Below, one piece after another: positions 1-10,329 of a stretch of 64,000 nt of DNA. Every line of letters starts with the position of its first letter. Position 1 is the first letter of the stretch. Source of the DNA: a virus. The position numbers and the translations under genes were made by a program. The notes under the pieces were generated by a model. That model was not told the origin of the DNA and made no database searches. It saw only the letters and a list, made by a program, of their open reading frames with translations. The stretch lies in IMG/VR virus record IMGVR_UViG_3300029922_000004; one strand, written 5' to 3'.

Positions 1-210
1 GAATGTAGTTCTATTGAGGTAAAATCAACCTCCAAAGGGACTCAAAGTTTTGACCTACCCCAAATCTTTAGAAGAGACCAAACAAGTTCAAGAATGCGTC
101 GAGATTCATATACTGCGCTTTTATTGGTCACATGGGCCTTGAAGCAATACAGTGATATTTTGAATGTCCCACCCGAAGACAACTCAGGCTTCACCCCAGT
201 TCTTGTCTAG
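1..210 (+). CDS. terL: Terminase large subunit, C-terminal end (partial; not in ORF track)
   Basis: Frame 1 is open from base 1 to TAG at 208-210: ECSSIEVKSTSKGTQSFDLPQ...RMRRDSYTALLLVTWALKQY...; the R-D-x-Y-T-A-L helix resembles the end of TerL nuclease domains, and the gene lies just upstream of the portal. Confidence 0.6.
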   Translation, partial: ECSSIEVKSTSKGTQSFDLPQIFRRDQTSSRMRRDSYTALLLVTWALKQYSDILNVPPEDNSGFTPVLV

Positions 211-216
211 TGTAAT
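210..216 (+). promoter_or_regulatory. Putative late promoter motif GTGTAAT
   Basis: GTGTAAT overlapping the upstream stop codon, 24 nt before ATG 241; the same motif recurs before 13 other structural gene starts. Confidence 0.7.
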
Positions 217-240
217 TAAAGCATATTGGATTAAGGAAAT

Positions 241-2670
241 ATGTTTGATAGTTCTATACGTCTTAAGCAGTTAAATCAGCCAGAATTGAGCGGATATATT
301 TCTGGTATCATCGCCGGTTTTCCAGAGGCGTCTACCACTGGAACTATAATCCCTTCGGGAAGTGGAATCTATAATCTCGGCTCACCTCAAAATCCCTATT
401 CAAAAATCTACACCGAACAATTAAATGTTCCTTCTGGTTCGGGCATCAATTTCGGAAGCACATTTTTCAACGCTTATACTTCTGGCGGCGCAGCCTACAT
501 TGATGTCGGGAGTTTTCAGATTAGTTCAAGCGGAAATTACATCTTTATACAAGGCCCAAGCGGTGTTGCGGGACCGAGTGGCGCTTTAGGACCAACTGGT
601 CTTACTGGGACTAGCGTAACTGGTATTTACTATAATACGTCTAATAGTAACATCTACTTTCAGCTTTCTAATAACACCACAACCGGCTTTTACTTCCCGC
701 CGTTTAGTGGAGCTAGTGGGGTTGGACTTACTGGATTTTTTCAGAGCGGTTATCGAATATTTCCGCAATTTAATCATTTTCAAGGAACGGGTGCGCCGTT
801 AATTTTACCGGCGGGGCCAGCAGGACCTCCGGGTTCTATCAGCCTTTATTTCCAATCGGGGGATTTAACGGATTCGCTTTCGCAAGTTAATTTTCCATCC
901 CAAGTGGATATTAACCCTTATTATTCTACTGGATATTTCCCGCCGATTTCGTTAATGCAAGGGATGGCATATACAATGGACTGTAGCGGTCTTAACACTC
1001 ACATAATTTCTACCGCCGATTACCAATTTTTGAGTGGGATATTTTCGGGGCAGATTAATAACGTTCCTAACCCCGGAACGTCAATGCCATATTATGAAGA
1101 CCCCGCGAATGGTACTGGATATTGGCGTTTGGTATTTTTTCCTAGTAGCACTCCTACTGGATTTTATTCTACCGCGAATGACTCATATAACATTTTTGGG
1201 ACATTAGAGGCTACCAATACTCAGGTTTATGGAAGTTCCTTAATTAACAATGTTTATAGAACTAATATTTCTTTCACTACAGAATTCACGGCATTTGGAA
1301 CTTATAACTATGGATTTATGGTCTACACTATCGGCGTAGATAGTTCTCAAGATGCTGTATTAACAACTCCGTCTACGGGATATGCTTTCGTGGTAGGTAG
1401 CGTTAATATTTCTTCTGGAATAGGTCCCGTCGGACCACAAGGCCCACAAGGTAATCTTGGTCCAGTTGGTCCCCAAGGTAATTTAGGTCCTCAAGGTGAG
1501 CAAGGTTCGATAGGATTAAGTGTTTCGTCTTACAATCAGCAACAGGTAGGAGCTAATAGTTATCAAATTCAATTTGTCTATTCCGACGGCTCTCTGGGGC
1601 CTTGGATAGCGTTACCTAGCGGCGGACCTTCTGGATTGCAAGGACCGAGTGGATTACAAGGGTCATTGATTAATTATTTCGCGGGAAATTATACAACGAC
1701 TGGAGTTTATCCTACTAATACCACTCTAGTACTAAGCGGTTCAAGCTATATTAATAAAAGCGGGTCTTCTATTTCTGGAATAGCACCACCCAGCGGTCCT
1801 TGGCAGTTAATAGCTCAACAAGGTGGTATTGGTCCAAGTGGAGCAACAGGATTCGCGGATAAGTATAGTTCTAGTTTTTCAGTCAGTTATAACAACACTG
1901 GAATTTTGGTAAACAACGTGAATTTTAGCGGTACGGGTGCAATATTTCAAGTTGGACAAACAGTTCAAATTAGCAATCCTAGTTTATCGGGCTACGCTTA
2001 TACGCCGCAGCAAAGTATTATCGTAGCGTCTAATAGTATTACGGGAAGTTATTTCTATGGTCTCATCAATTCATATAATTCAACTGGTGTTTTAAATTTT
2101 AACGTGACTAGCGGAGGGACTGGAATAATTAATAGTACGGTTAGCGGGAATTACTTTCTATATTACAATTATGGGAATGCTACGGTTAATCTAGGAGCGA
2201 ATTTAGTCAGTGGGGCAACTGGACCAGTCGGACCTATCGGACCACAGGGACCTTCTGGACAACCTTCGGTAATGAGAAACGGGGTCTATGTCGGAAATTC
2301 AGGAATGAGTTTCACTTTTGAGCCATCAGGTTTAGATGTGTTTAATTTGTTGATAACTGGGGATGGAACGCAATATTATGGAGGTAGTAGCGTATTAATT
2401 GACTTTGACTATAATTATTGGACCACTGGAAAAGCGGTAATAGTGAAAATTAGAAATTCGGGAATACCGTTCGGAAATGAAGAACCGGCCCTTTTTTATT
2501 TTCAAAGCCTAAACAGCGGAGTAAATAATTATACTAATCAAATTAAATGGCCGTCCAATACATACAGCCGCCCAGATGACGGAGAGGCTTTTTTATTTAC
2601 TCTGCTGAGGTTCCCCGATGAATTCGGAAGTCCTGCTATCTATGGGACCTACAGTAATACATATAGGTGA
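241..2670 (+). CDS. Collagen-like repeat virion fibre protein
   Basis: 809 aa; several G-P-x triplet runs (GPSGVAGPSGALGPTG, GPVGPQGPQGNLGPVGPQG); N-terminus FDSSIRLKQLNQPELSG shared with the 18969 gene. Confidence 0.7.
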   Translation: MFDSSIRLKQLNQPELSGYISGIIAGFPEASTTGTIIPSGSGIYNLGSPQNPYSKIYTEQLNVPSGSGINFGSTFFNAYTSGGAAYIDVGSFQISSSGNYIFIQGPSGVAGPSGALGPTGLTGTSVTGIYYNTSNSNIYFQLSNNTTTGFYFPPFSGASGVGLTGFFQSGYRIFPQFNHFQGTGAPLILPAGPAGPPGSISLYFQSGDLTDSLSQVNFPSQVDINPYYSTGYFPPISLMQGMAYTMDCSGLNTHIISTADYQFLSGIFSGQINNVPNPGTSMPYYEDPANGTGYWRLVFFPSSTPTGFYSTANDSYNIFGTLEATNTQVYGSSLINNVYRTNISFTTEFTAFGTYNYGFMVYTIGVDSSQDAVLTTPSTGYAFVVGSVNISSGIGPVGPQGPQGNLGPVGPQGNLGPQGEQGSIGLSVSSYNQQQVGANSYQIQFVYSDGSLGPWIALPSGGPSGLQGPSGLQGSLINYFAGNYTTTGVYPTNTTLVLSGSSYINKSGSSISGIAPPSGPWQLIAQQGGIGPSGATGFADKYSSSFSVSYNNTGILVNNVNFSGTGAIFQVGQTVQISNPSLSGYAYTPQQSIIVASNSITGSYFYGLINSYNSTGVLNFNVTSGGTGIINSTVSGNYFLYYNYGNATVNLGANLVSGATGPVGPIGPQGPSGQPSVMRNGVYVGNSGMSFTFEPSGLDVFNLLITGDGTQYYGGSSVLIDFDYNYWTTGKAVIVKIRNSGIPFGNEEPALFYFQSLNSGVNNYTNQIKWPSNTYSRPDDGEAFLFTLLRFPDEFGSPAIYGTYSNTYR

Positions 2671-2749
2671 TATGTTTAAAATCCTATTGCCTTTTTCATG
2701 GTTTCCAATATAATTTTTATCTGCCCCGTGAGAATTAGTCACACTTTTA

Positions 2750-2756
2750 GTGTAAT
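2750..2756 (+). promoter_or_regulatory. Putative late promoter motif GTGTAAT
   Basis: Intergenic, 21 nt before the portal ATG at 2778. Confidence 0.7.
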
Positions 2757-2777
2757 TTACTTATAATACCTAGAATT

Positions 2778-4934
2778 ATGGCTAAAAAGACTAAAAAGGA
2801 ACTCCCCGCAATCCAAATGATTGGAGCCGTCGGTAACAAGTCTTCGCTCAAGAACCCTCCTGTTAAGAAGTTGGGTAAAAAGTCTTTTATGCCAGAGGGT
2901 TTTTCAATGGCTTCTGAAGATGATGGCAACGGCGGGGGCGGAAGTTCTGGTGGGCGCAGAGACCGCGCGGGTAGCGTTTTAAGAACAGACCGTTATAAGA
3001 ATATTAGCGACGGGTTGGTTCCATTTCGTAACTCAAATGCCATATACGACAACGGTAGTTCGGGGGTTGATATTAGGGATGCTGTTATTTTGTGCCAAAA
3101 ATGCTATTGGAACTTCGCTCTCTTCCGTAATATCATTGACTTAATGACCGAGTTCTCAATTGACGATATTCTTTACGCGGGTGGTAATATGCAGTCACGT
3201 AAATTCTTTGAGGCCCTCTTCAATAAGATTAATATTTGGGACCTACAGGATAAATTTTATCGAGAATATTATCGTAGCGGTAACGTATTTATTTATAGAT
3301 TTGATGCATCGGTTGAACCCGGAGACGTTAAAAAAATTATAACAAGTCTAGCATCTAAAACTTCAGTTGGCAATCCAGTAATGGACCAAAATCAACCAAT
3401 GGGCGCTCCAGAAAATCATATGGGTTATCCCACTGGCTACCCTAAAAGTAAGGACGACATTGACAATAATCCTCTTCTACAAGACGGCCCAGTTAAGTTG
3501 GAGGTAGAGCCAATGAAAATGCCCGCGAGATATATTATTCTCAATCCTGCCGATATTAATATGTTGGGAACGGCGAACTTCTCATATGGTATCTATTACA
3601 AAATTCTAACCGAGTACGAAGTATCTCGTTTGCGTAATTTACAAACCGAAGAGGATATTGAGGTGTTTAATACTCTGCCGAAATTTACCCAAGACCAAAT
3701 TCGCGCGGGTGTCCGTAGCGTTTACATTCCCCTTGACACGAAAAAAGTCAAGATAGTATTCTACAAAAAACAAGACTACGAACCTTTTGCAGTACCAATG
3801 GGTTATCCCGTTTTGGAAGACATTAATGCCAAGATTGAAATGCGTAGAATCGATATGGCGATTTGCAGGACAATGCAGCAGATTGTATTGTTAGTGACCG
3901 CTGGAAACGAACCAGAAAAAGGCGGCATTAATCAAAAACATCTAGAAACTTTAACTAAAATTTTTAAGAATGAATCAGTTGGTAGAGTTTTGGTTGCAGA
4001 TTATACCACAAAAGCCTCATTTGTTATTCCTCAAATTGCTGACTTGCTTGACCCAGCGAAGTATGAAGTTATTGACCGCGACATTAATATCGGTCTTAAT
4101 AACGTGTTCCTTGGGGGCGAAAAGTTCGCCAATCAACAAAAGAAAGTCGAAGTATTTGTTAAGAGGCTTGAACAGGCAAAACAGTCATTTTTAAATAACT
4201 TTTTAATTCCTGAGATTAAAAGAATAGCAAAATCATTGAATTTCAAGTCGTACCCAACGCCATACTACGATTCTAACCAATTCAAAGACGACGTTTCCTA
4301 CGCTAAGATTTATACACAAATGGCCACGCTTGGTCTTATTACTCCCGAACAGTGCGTAGAAGCGATACAAAACAATAGACTCCCTGAGAGCGACACAATG
4401 GAACCGGCGCAAGAAGCTTACAAAACTCAACGTAAAAACGGCCTCTATGTTCCCCTAGTCCCACCGCCACCTGTACCCGGAGCAAAACCCGGAACTGCCG
4501 CGCCCGGACAAACTGGACGCCCACAGGGAACTAGTGGAATTCCTCAGGCTACTAAAAAGATTACGCCGATGGGTTCTAAAGGCAGCGCCGATATAAAAAT
4601 TAGTCTTCCTAAGATTAAAGACAACATGGTAATCGCTCAGGAAACTGAAAAAGACATCATTGCATTCCTTAAGAAAAAACACAAAGTCAAAAAACTCACC
4701 AATTTGCAAAACTCCGTTGCTTCTGGAATCCTTACTACGATTATGAGTAATGAAGAGAGCGATAAGTGGCAGTCTTCTGTTAAAGATTATTGTAATGAAC
4801 CAATGGATAAAAACTTGGAGAGGGTTTCGGCGGTATTGGATATGGCTTATGCTCACCAAGTTGACGGCTATCTCGGCGCGTTATTCTATTCAAGCAGAGC
4901 AACTGAAGTTCCAGAAGAACCGAAGGAGGCGTAA
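2778..4934 (+). CDS. Portal protein
   Basis: 718 aa between terminase and head genes; portal-like segments (CYWNFALFRNIIDLMTEF, FYREYYRSGNVFIYR, PFAVPMGYPVLEDI) and a Pro/Gly-rich GRPQG tail followed by a C-terminal extension. Confidence 0.8.
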   Translation: MAKKTKKELPAIQMIGAVGNKSSLKNPPVKKLGKKSFMPEGFSMASEDDGNGGGGSSGGRRDRAGSVLRTDRYKNISDGLVPFRNSNAIYDNGSSGVDIRDAVILCQKCYWNFALFRNIIDLMTEFSIDDILYAGGNMQSRKFFEALFNKINIWDLQDKFYREYYRSGNVFIYRFDASVEPGDVKKIITSLASKTSVGNPVMDQNQPMGAPENHMGYPTGYPKSKDDIDNNPLLQDGPVKLEVEPMKMPARYIILNPADINMLGTANFSYGIYYKILTEYEVSRLRNLQTEEDIEVFNTLPKFTQDQIRAGVRSVYIPLDTKKVKIVFYKKQDYEPFAVPMGYPVLEDINAKIEMRRIDMAICRTMQQIVLLVTAGNEPEKGGINQKHLETLTKIFKNESVGRVLVADYTTKASFVIPQIADLLDPAKYEVIDRDINIGLNNVFLGGEKFANQQKKVEVFVKRLEQAKQSFLNNFLIPEIKRIAKSLNFKSYPTPYYDSNQFKDDVSYAKIYTQMATLGLITPEQCVEAIQNNRLPESDTMEPAQEAYKTQRKNGLYVPLVPPPPVPGAKPGTAAPGQTGRPQGTSGIPQATKKITPMGSKGSADIKISLPKIKDNMVIAQETEKDIIAFLKKKHKVKKLTNLQNSVASGILTTIMSNEESDKWQSSVKDYCNEPMDKNLERVSAVLDMAYAHQVDGYLGALFYSSRATEVPEEPKEA

Positions 4935-5680
4935 TGTCCTTCGGCACTTTTAATCTCTACAATTTTTTCCAAAGTCCTAATACCGGAGTTACTCCCGCAC
5001 CGGGGACTTACGATGTCACTTCAATCGTAGAGGGTGTTGGCGAATCTGGAAACATAGCGGACTTCAACTGGCCTTTCCCGTACGCTGGGACTTCTGTTCC
5101 AATAGAAATTGTCGAGGGCGTCGGCGGTGCATTCCAATTAAAATTATTCAGTGATTCATATGTCGGACTAAGGTTCGCTTCGGTTAATGAGGTTTTTTCT
5201 GGGCAGTTACAGGGAGATTCCGAAAATTCTCATTCCTCCACAACAATATCGGGTACATTTAATCCAATGGATTCAGGATTTCAGAATTCGTATGTTGTAT
5301 TTTCTGGATTAATAAGCGGCGCTCCCCAAGACTCTCCGGTTAATTACATTGTCCTAAGCGGCGTTATTACAGACCAACATCCAGATTTTGGGCTTCCATT
5401 CTTAGTGTTTTCTGGGCAGTCCCTGAATGACCAGCCAAACATAAGTGACATTGGTTATACTATTTCCGGCACAGTTTCTGACGCGGACTACTCTAATCCC
5501 ACTTTGAATATTACATTTAGTGGAACTTTTATACCCACAAATCAAGATACTGCGAATATTTCATATGGGTTTTATGGGATGGCGACGTATAATAATGTAA
5601 CCGTTACGAGTACCGGCTTTATAAATTCGGCCAATATAAAATATGGTTTTGCATCATTTATCAGCACTCGCGGGGCATAG
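4934..5680 (+). CDS. Virion structural protein, Ser-Gly-rich
   Basis: 248 aa, coupled to the portal (TAATG overlap); beta-rich S/G/T/N composition with about 10 SG dipeptides. Confidence 0.55.
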   Translation: MSFGTFNLYNFFQSPNTGVTPAPGTYDVTSIVEGVGESGNIADFNWPFPYAGTSVPIEIVEGVGGAFQLKLFSDSYVGLRFASVNEVFSGQLQGDSENSHSSTTISGTFNPMDSGFQNSYVVFSGLISGAPQDSPVNYIVLSGVITDQHPDFGLPFLVFSGQSLNDQPNISDIGYTISGTVSDADYSNPTLNITFSGTFIPTNQDTANISYGFYGMATYNNVTVTSTGFINSANIKYGFASFISTRGA

Positions 5681-5686
5681 TGTAAT
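5680..5686 (+). promoter_or_regulatory. Putative late promoter motif GTGTAAT
   Basis: Overlaps the TAG of the previous gene, 12 nt before ATG 5699. Confidence 0.7.
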
Positions 5687-5698
5687 TAAAAGAAGGCA

Positions 5699-8467
5699 AT
5701 GAATTCAAGCATCAATTGTGGAATCAAAGGCAGTTACCAAGTCCAACTTAAAAGTGGGGGCAAGGTAGTTGAGGAAACTCCTTGGTTTAGTAACGACATC
5801 ACCAACGCAGGTCTTAACTATCCTTTTATTTATTCATTCGCGAACTGTTTCATGTTCCTTTCGCTAGGTGGTTCTGCTTGGGTTTACAGCTCTTTGAGAC
5901 AACAAAACACGGGAACAAATTCTCCCATTCAATCATTTCAAGTTTATGACCCGACATTCACTGGCAACGCTCAACAACCAAACGCGACCGGATATTACCA
6001 ACATACTGGACAGTATATAGGCTGGGAAGGATACGAAATCGGCGGTCAGCATAATTCAACTTTCGCGGGGTCTTTTTCTTCTACTTGCGGGACTAAGTTT
6101 ACTAATCAAGGAATTAATCTATATCGTGGGTGGACGATTCCTACCGGCGCTAATGAAAACGGAGCAGTTCTCGGACAGGCTTTGACCATCAACGGCTTCA
6201 TGGTGTCTCCAAGCAGCGGGGCAAACATAACAGGAAATCAAGCATTTAGTTTGGTAGATAGAACGGTAACTATTCCATCTGGATTTACCGCAACTATAAC
6301 TTATCAACTGAGCTTAAATTTCAATAATTATCAAACTTATACTTATTTTTCTGGTGTTCAGGGGGATTCTAACGGCTACTTTAATACTGGCAATGCGGCT
6401 ATTGGAACCAATGGTTCTGAATTAGGACTTTTAAGCGGCTGGAGTAATTTGAGTGGTATTTATAGTCAAATTTATCCGGGGGTTCAAATTGTTGATTCTT
6501 TAGGGGCATGTATCATTCCAGCGTGGGGAGACCAAGCGGAACCGATGTATTCTCAATGTCCCAACTTGTATTTTTATCTATCTCCCGATATTTCTGAATT
6601 TGCAGTAAGTCCATATGGTTCGACGGGCATTAGCGAATCTGGTGCGTATAATACCCCCGGAGTAATGGCCAATTATACAGAATTTGTTTCAAGTGTCGGC
6701 GGGGATTTAAGTGTTTATAGCACGGTGGAAAATTCTTGGCCCGCTAATCCTGTGGCGTGGTATTATTCGGGATTATCTAATGGCGGGTCTCAATCAAATG
6801 GGCCTTCGACTGTAACGTCGGTGACGATTCCTTCTAATATCCGATTGCAGAATTTACTTTCTATTCAAGACTATATTAATGATAGCCCGATTTCTCCATC
6901 GGCTTTTACTTACCAAGTGCAAGGATATGTTTCTCCGATTACCTCTCAAGAGCCAGTAGCGTTCGCAACGCCGGGAAGTTTAGGAATCAATTCTAGTTAC
7001 GCAAATTACGGCCAAAGAGCGGTTTACTCAACCTATCTCAAAAGATTACCGCCAACGGGTTCTACCTTAACTGGGGTTGGTGGCGTTGGTATTAGAAATA
7101 AAAAAGTCACCAAGTCCGCTCTCTTCTCTCCAATCCAAAGCGCTGGTACTAATAGCAGATACGGTTCTCTAGTATTAGGATATCTTTCCGCAGTGGGAAC
7201 AATAGGTAGCTTAACTTTCCAACCTTATGTTGATTTTCTTTTCTTTAATAATTCGGGCAGGGCGGCGGATACGCCTCATTATAGGTTGATTCCAGATATT
7301 TGCCTGACCGACAGGGGTAGCGGTGTCTCGCAAGTGAGATTTGATATTACTGGGGCTAATGGTTTAGCTCCAAGTTCGATTAATAACCTGTATAATGTAT
7401 ACGGTTTTATGGGTCCCGGTGTTGCGATTACCCCGACCACTGCTTCTGGGTTAGATATTAATCATCCCGAACTTCAAGCTGGCGGTTCTGGATATCTATT
7501 TACTGGGGAGATTTTAAATCAAGGCGTGACAGGAATGGAAAACTGTAACGGCGGAACTGGTTGGGGTGCTGTATATGGAATTATTACCGGCTGGAACTTT
7601 TTGGGGAGAGAATATGATACTTGCCTAATTGATAATACTCCTTGGTATACCACTGGGTTTTCTGGTTTTAGTGGTAGTTATGGGGTCGGAACTTATCCTA
7701 ATCCGACAGGGGATTCTAATCTTTTATACTGGCCAGTCAAAGGTTCTGGACTAGGTTTGAGAATTACTGGAATGCAATATTATCTTAATGGTTATGGTAA
7801 TATGTCTGACCCCTTTGATTATTTCATAACCGGTAATTATCAGATAATTAGTGATATAATCTATACTGGGTTTGCTTTAACTGGAACTAATGCCGTCACT
7901 ACTGACTTATATCAATATACAGGAAATTCAAATTTAATTTATTTTTCTGGAGCTGGAACATCTGATTTCCCGTTAAATATCTCTGATATTACAGGCAACC
8001 TTTCTCTTCAATATAACATTACTGGTAAAAGTTATAATTTTCAAATAGCGACGGGACTGGGTGCCAATCCAGTTCTATTTTCTGGCTTTAAAATACAAAC
8101 TGGGACATGGGGCTATGAACAAAACTGGACACCGGCAAACATACTAGCCTCTACTGGGAATTCTATAGTAGGGAAAGATACATCTAATCATAATATTACT
8201 TTGGTTTATTTTGATGGCTTTAATTATTGGCCTTTGACTGGAAATGCTAATTTTAGTTTGCTACCTACTCAATTTAAAAAACCCTCTGGCGTCATCCATC
8301 ATGTCGAAAATATAAATGGTTCTGGTAATAGACTTTTACCTAATTACGCCTATCCCAATAACCAAGGTATTAATTACTACTCTCCAGTTCAAGGCGGCGC
8401 TTATCCCGGTCTTTCGATGCAAAATGGAATGCAGGTATTTTTTGATTTCAACTGGTCGGGAGGTTAA
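5699..8467 (+). CDS. Large virion (tail/fibre-associated) protein, paralog of 8470..10329
   Basis: 922 aa; N-terminal FSNDITNAGLNYPFIYSFANCFMFLSLG matches FIDNFITNSGVLYPYHFAFADCFRYLSVG of the next gene. Confidence 0.6.
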   Translation: MNSSINCGIKGSYQVQLKSGGKVVEETPWFSNDITNAGLNYPFIYSFANCFMFLSLGGSAWVYSSLRQQNTGTNSPIQSFQVYDPTFTGNAQQPNATGYYQHTGQYIGWEGYEIGGQHNSTFAGSFSSTCGTKFTNQGINLYRGWTIPTGANENGAVLGQALTINGFMVSPSSGANITGNQAFSLVDRTVTIPSGFTATITYQLSLNFNNYQTYTYFSGVQGDSNGYFNTGNAAIGTNGSELGLLSGWSNLSGIYSQIYPGVQIVDSLGACIIPAWGDQAEPMYSQCPNLYFYLSPDISEFAVSPYGSTGISESGAYNTPGVMANYTEFVSSVGGDLSVYSTVENSWPANPVAWYYSGLSNGGSQSNGPSTVTSVTIPSNIRLQNLLSIQDYINDSPISPSAFTYQVQGYVSPITSQEPVAFATPGSLGINSSYANYGQRAVYSTYLKRLPPTGSTLTGVGGVGIRNKKVTKSALFSPIQSAGTNSRYGSLVLGYLSAVGTIGSLTFQPYVDFLFFNNSGRAADTPHYRLIPDICLTDRGSGVSQVRFDITGANGLAPSSINNLYNVYGFMGPGVAITPTTASGLDINHPELQAGGSGYLFTGEILNQGVTGMENCNGGTGWGAVYGIITGWNFLGREYDTCLIDNTPWYTTGFSGFSGSYGVGTYPNPTGDSNLLYWPVKGSGLGLRITGMQYYLNGYGNMSDPFDYFITGNYQIISDIIYTGFALTGTNAVTTDLYQYTGNSNLIYFSGAGTSDFPLNISDITGNLSLQYNITGKSYNFQIATGLGANPVLFSGFKIQTGTWGYEQNWTPANILASTGNSIVGKDTSNHNITLVYFDGFNYWPLTGNANFSLLPTQFKKPSGVIHHVENINGSGNRLLPNYAYPNNQGINYYSPVQGGAYPGLSMQNGMQVFFDFNWSGG

Positions 8468-8469
8468 TC

Positions 8470-10329
8470 ATGCCCGGAACCAATCTAAAATTAAACGGCC
8501 AATTCAAATTTGACCTCTATACTCCCCAAGGTGAACTAATTACGGGGTCGAAATTTATAGATAATTTTATAACTAATTCGGGGGTGCTATATCCTTACCA
8601 TTTTGCGTTTGCAGATTGTTTCCGATATTTAAGCGTCGGGGTCGGAACTCTAGCCAACTCAATCGTAACTAGTGGTTCGTATCTACCAACTACTGGACTC
8701 TCTTCTCCGCTATCTCAATATTCTTATATAGGAAGTCGTCAGGCGTGGGATGGGGGTCAGAATTCTACTTATTATGCTACTCCGGGAAGTTTCGGTGCAG
8801 GATGTGGATATATCAATAATGATAATGGCGTCAGTCTAGTTAGACAATGGAATTTACCTGATAATACCGGCGGCGTGTTTAACTCTGCTCAGATATTTAA
8901 TGAGTTTATGGTCTCCCCCGGCCAGCCTTACGTTACGGGAGTTGGTGGGGTAAAGTTATGTACTTGCGCTGAAACTGATGGGGTAGCGACTACCGGCAAA
9001 GATTGCTCTTCAATCGCGGAATATTACGATTGGTTAGCAAGTACTTACACCTCTCAAAACCATTCGGTTAGATTAAGAATGTGTGATGCTAAAAATGCCT
9101 TCGCCCGCGTTTTACCGGCTGGCGGGGTTAGCGTGGTTTCTGGAAGTGTTTTAACCGTAACTTATCAATTAAACATAGTAGTAGACACGGGCATTCACTA
9201 TACGTCACTGGCGTATAATCGCGGGGATAATAATACCAACTGGAACTATCAACTTAACTCATTTAATACTATTACTAATCCCGGAGTTGCGTTAATTAAT
9301 GACGGAACGGTTTTCGGTATTACCGCGCCTAATGGAAATCAGCGACTTCAGCATTTTGACTATAATATTTCTGACGGCAGAACTTATACTTTCGCTAATG
9401 AATATGGTGAATCAATAATAGGGCCGTTTGGAGCGCCATTAGAGCCTTCTAACTTTTTTCAATTGAACCAACCTGCGAATCAAAATGTGGTTGTATATTT
9501 TTCCAACGACGATTTACAATTTATCGTGAGTCCAAATGGCGGGGCATTTACCGCTACTGGAAATTATTCTCCATGGAACATCTGGGCTGATGGTAATATT
9601 TCTGGAACATATTCTTATGGACAAATCGTATCTAGCGGCGGAAATTCTTATCAGTATATTAACGTAAATCCTTCAAGTGGAAATTTTTTAACCAACACGG
9701 CTTATTGGAGCAATATCGGCGCGGAGAATGACGTAACGCTTTCTACCAGTGGTTTAATGGGTTTTTCCAACAATAACGAAACCGCAATTATCAGCGGCGG
9801 CGGGTATTGGTCTGCAAGTCCAAACGCTTTTAATATCAGAACCTCTTCCGGTTTTGCCCCCAACCCGGGGGATATAACGCAAAACTCTGGTATGACAGCC
9901 TCTTCTTTTACTTCTGTGAAAGCCAGCCAACCCACGTTTTCATTGAGTTTTATAGGTAATAATGCCGCCAACGGAACAAGAAGCGGACAGGTTTCCTATA
10001 CTTATAGTTTTGAAAATTATACATTCTCCAACGGCTTGCAGGTCAAAAGTTTTGTCGCCGCTTATCAGGATGTAGCGTATGGTACAGCTTTTGGAATGGG
10101 TGATAACGTAAATTCAGTACCCTTTTTTGATTCGGTGTTTTCTGGAGTATCTGGTGCTGGGACTTTCTTACCCGGACTAGAATCTGTCACCACTGGAGTT
10201 TGGATTACTGGGATAGATAATTTGGATTATAACAATTTGCAAAGTCAGAGTAATTCTTTGTATCCAATACTTAATTTAACTTTGGGGTGGAATGTGCCGT
10301 GTCCATCTAATGTTGTGGGGTGCAGTTAG
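8470..10329 (+). CDS. Virion (tail/fibre-associated) protein, paralog of 5699..8467
   Basis: 619 aa; shared N-terminal domain, shared T(I/V)TYQL strand and a terminal aromatic strand ending in W. Confidence 0.6.
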   Translation: MPGTNLKLNGQFKFDLYTPQGELITGSKFIDNFITNSGVLYPYHFAFADCFRYLSVGVGTLANSIVTSGSYLPTTGLSSPLSQYSYIGSRQAWDGGQNSTYYATPGSFGAGCGYINNDNGVSLVRQWNLPDNTGGVFNSAQIFNEFMVSPGQPYVTGVGGVKLCTCAETDGVATTGKDCSSIAEYYDWLASTYTSQNHSVRLRMCDAKNAFARVLPAGGVSVVSGSVLTVTYQLNIVVDTGIHYTSLAYNRGDNNTNWNYQLNSFNTITNPGVALINDGTVFGITAPNGNQRLQHFDYNISDGRTYTFANEYGESIIGPFGAPLEPSNFFQLNQPANQNVVVYFSNDDLQFIVSPNGGAFTATGNYSPWNIWADGNISGTYSYGQIVSSGGNSYQYINVNPSSGNFLTNTAYWSNIGAENDVTLSTSGLMGFSNNNETAIISGGGYWSASPNAFNIRTSSGFAPNPGDITQNSGMTASSFTSVKASQPTFSLSFIGNNAANGTRSGQVSYTYSFENYTFSNGLQVKSFVAAYQDVAYGTAFGMGDNVNSVPFFDSVFSGVSGAGTFLPGLESVTTGVWITGIDNLDYNNLQSQSNSLYPILNLTLGWNVPCPSNVVGCS

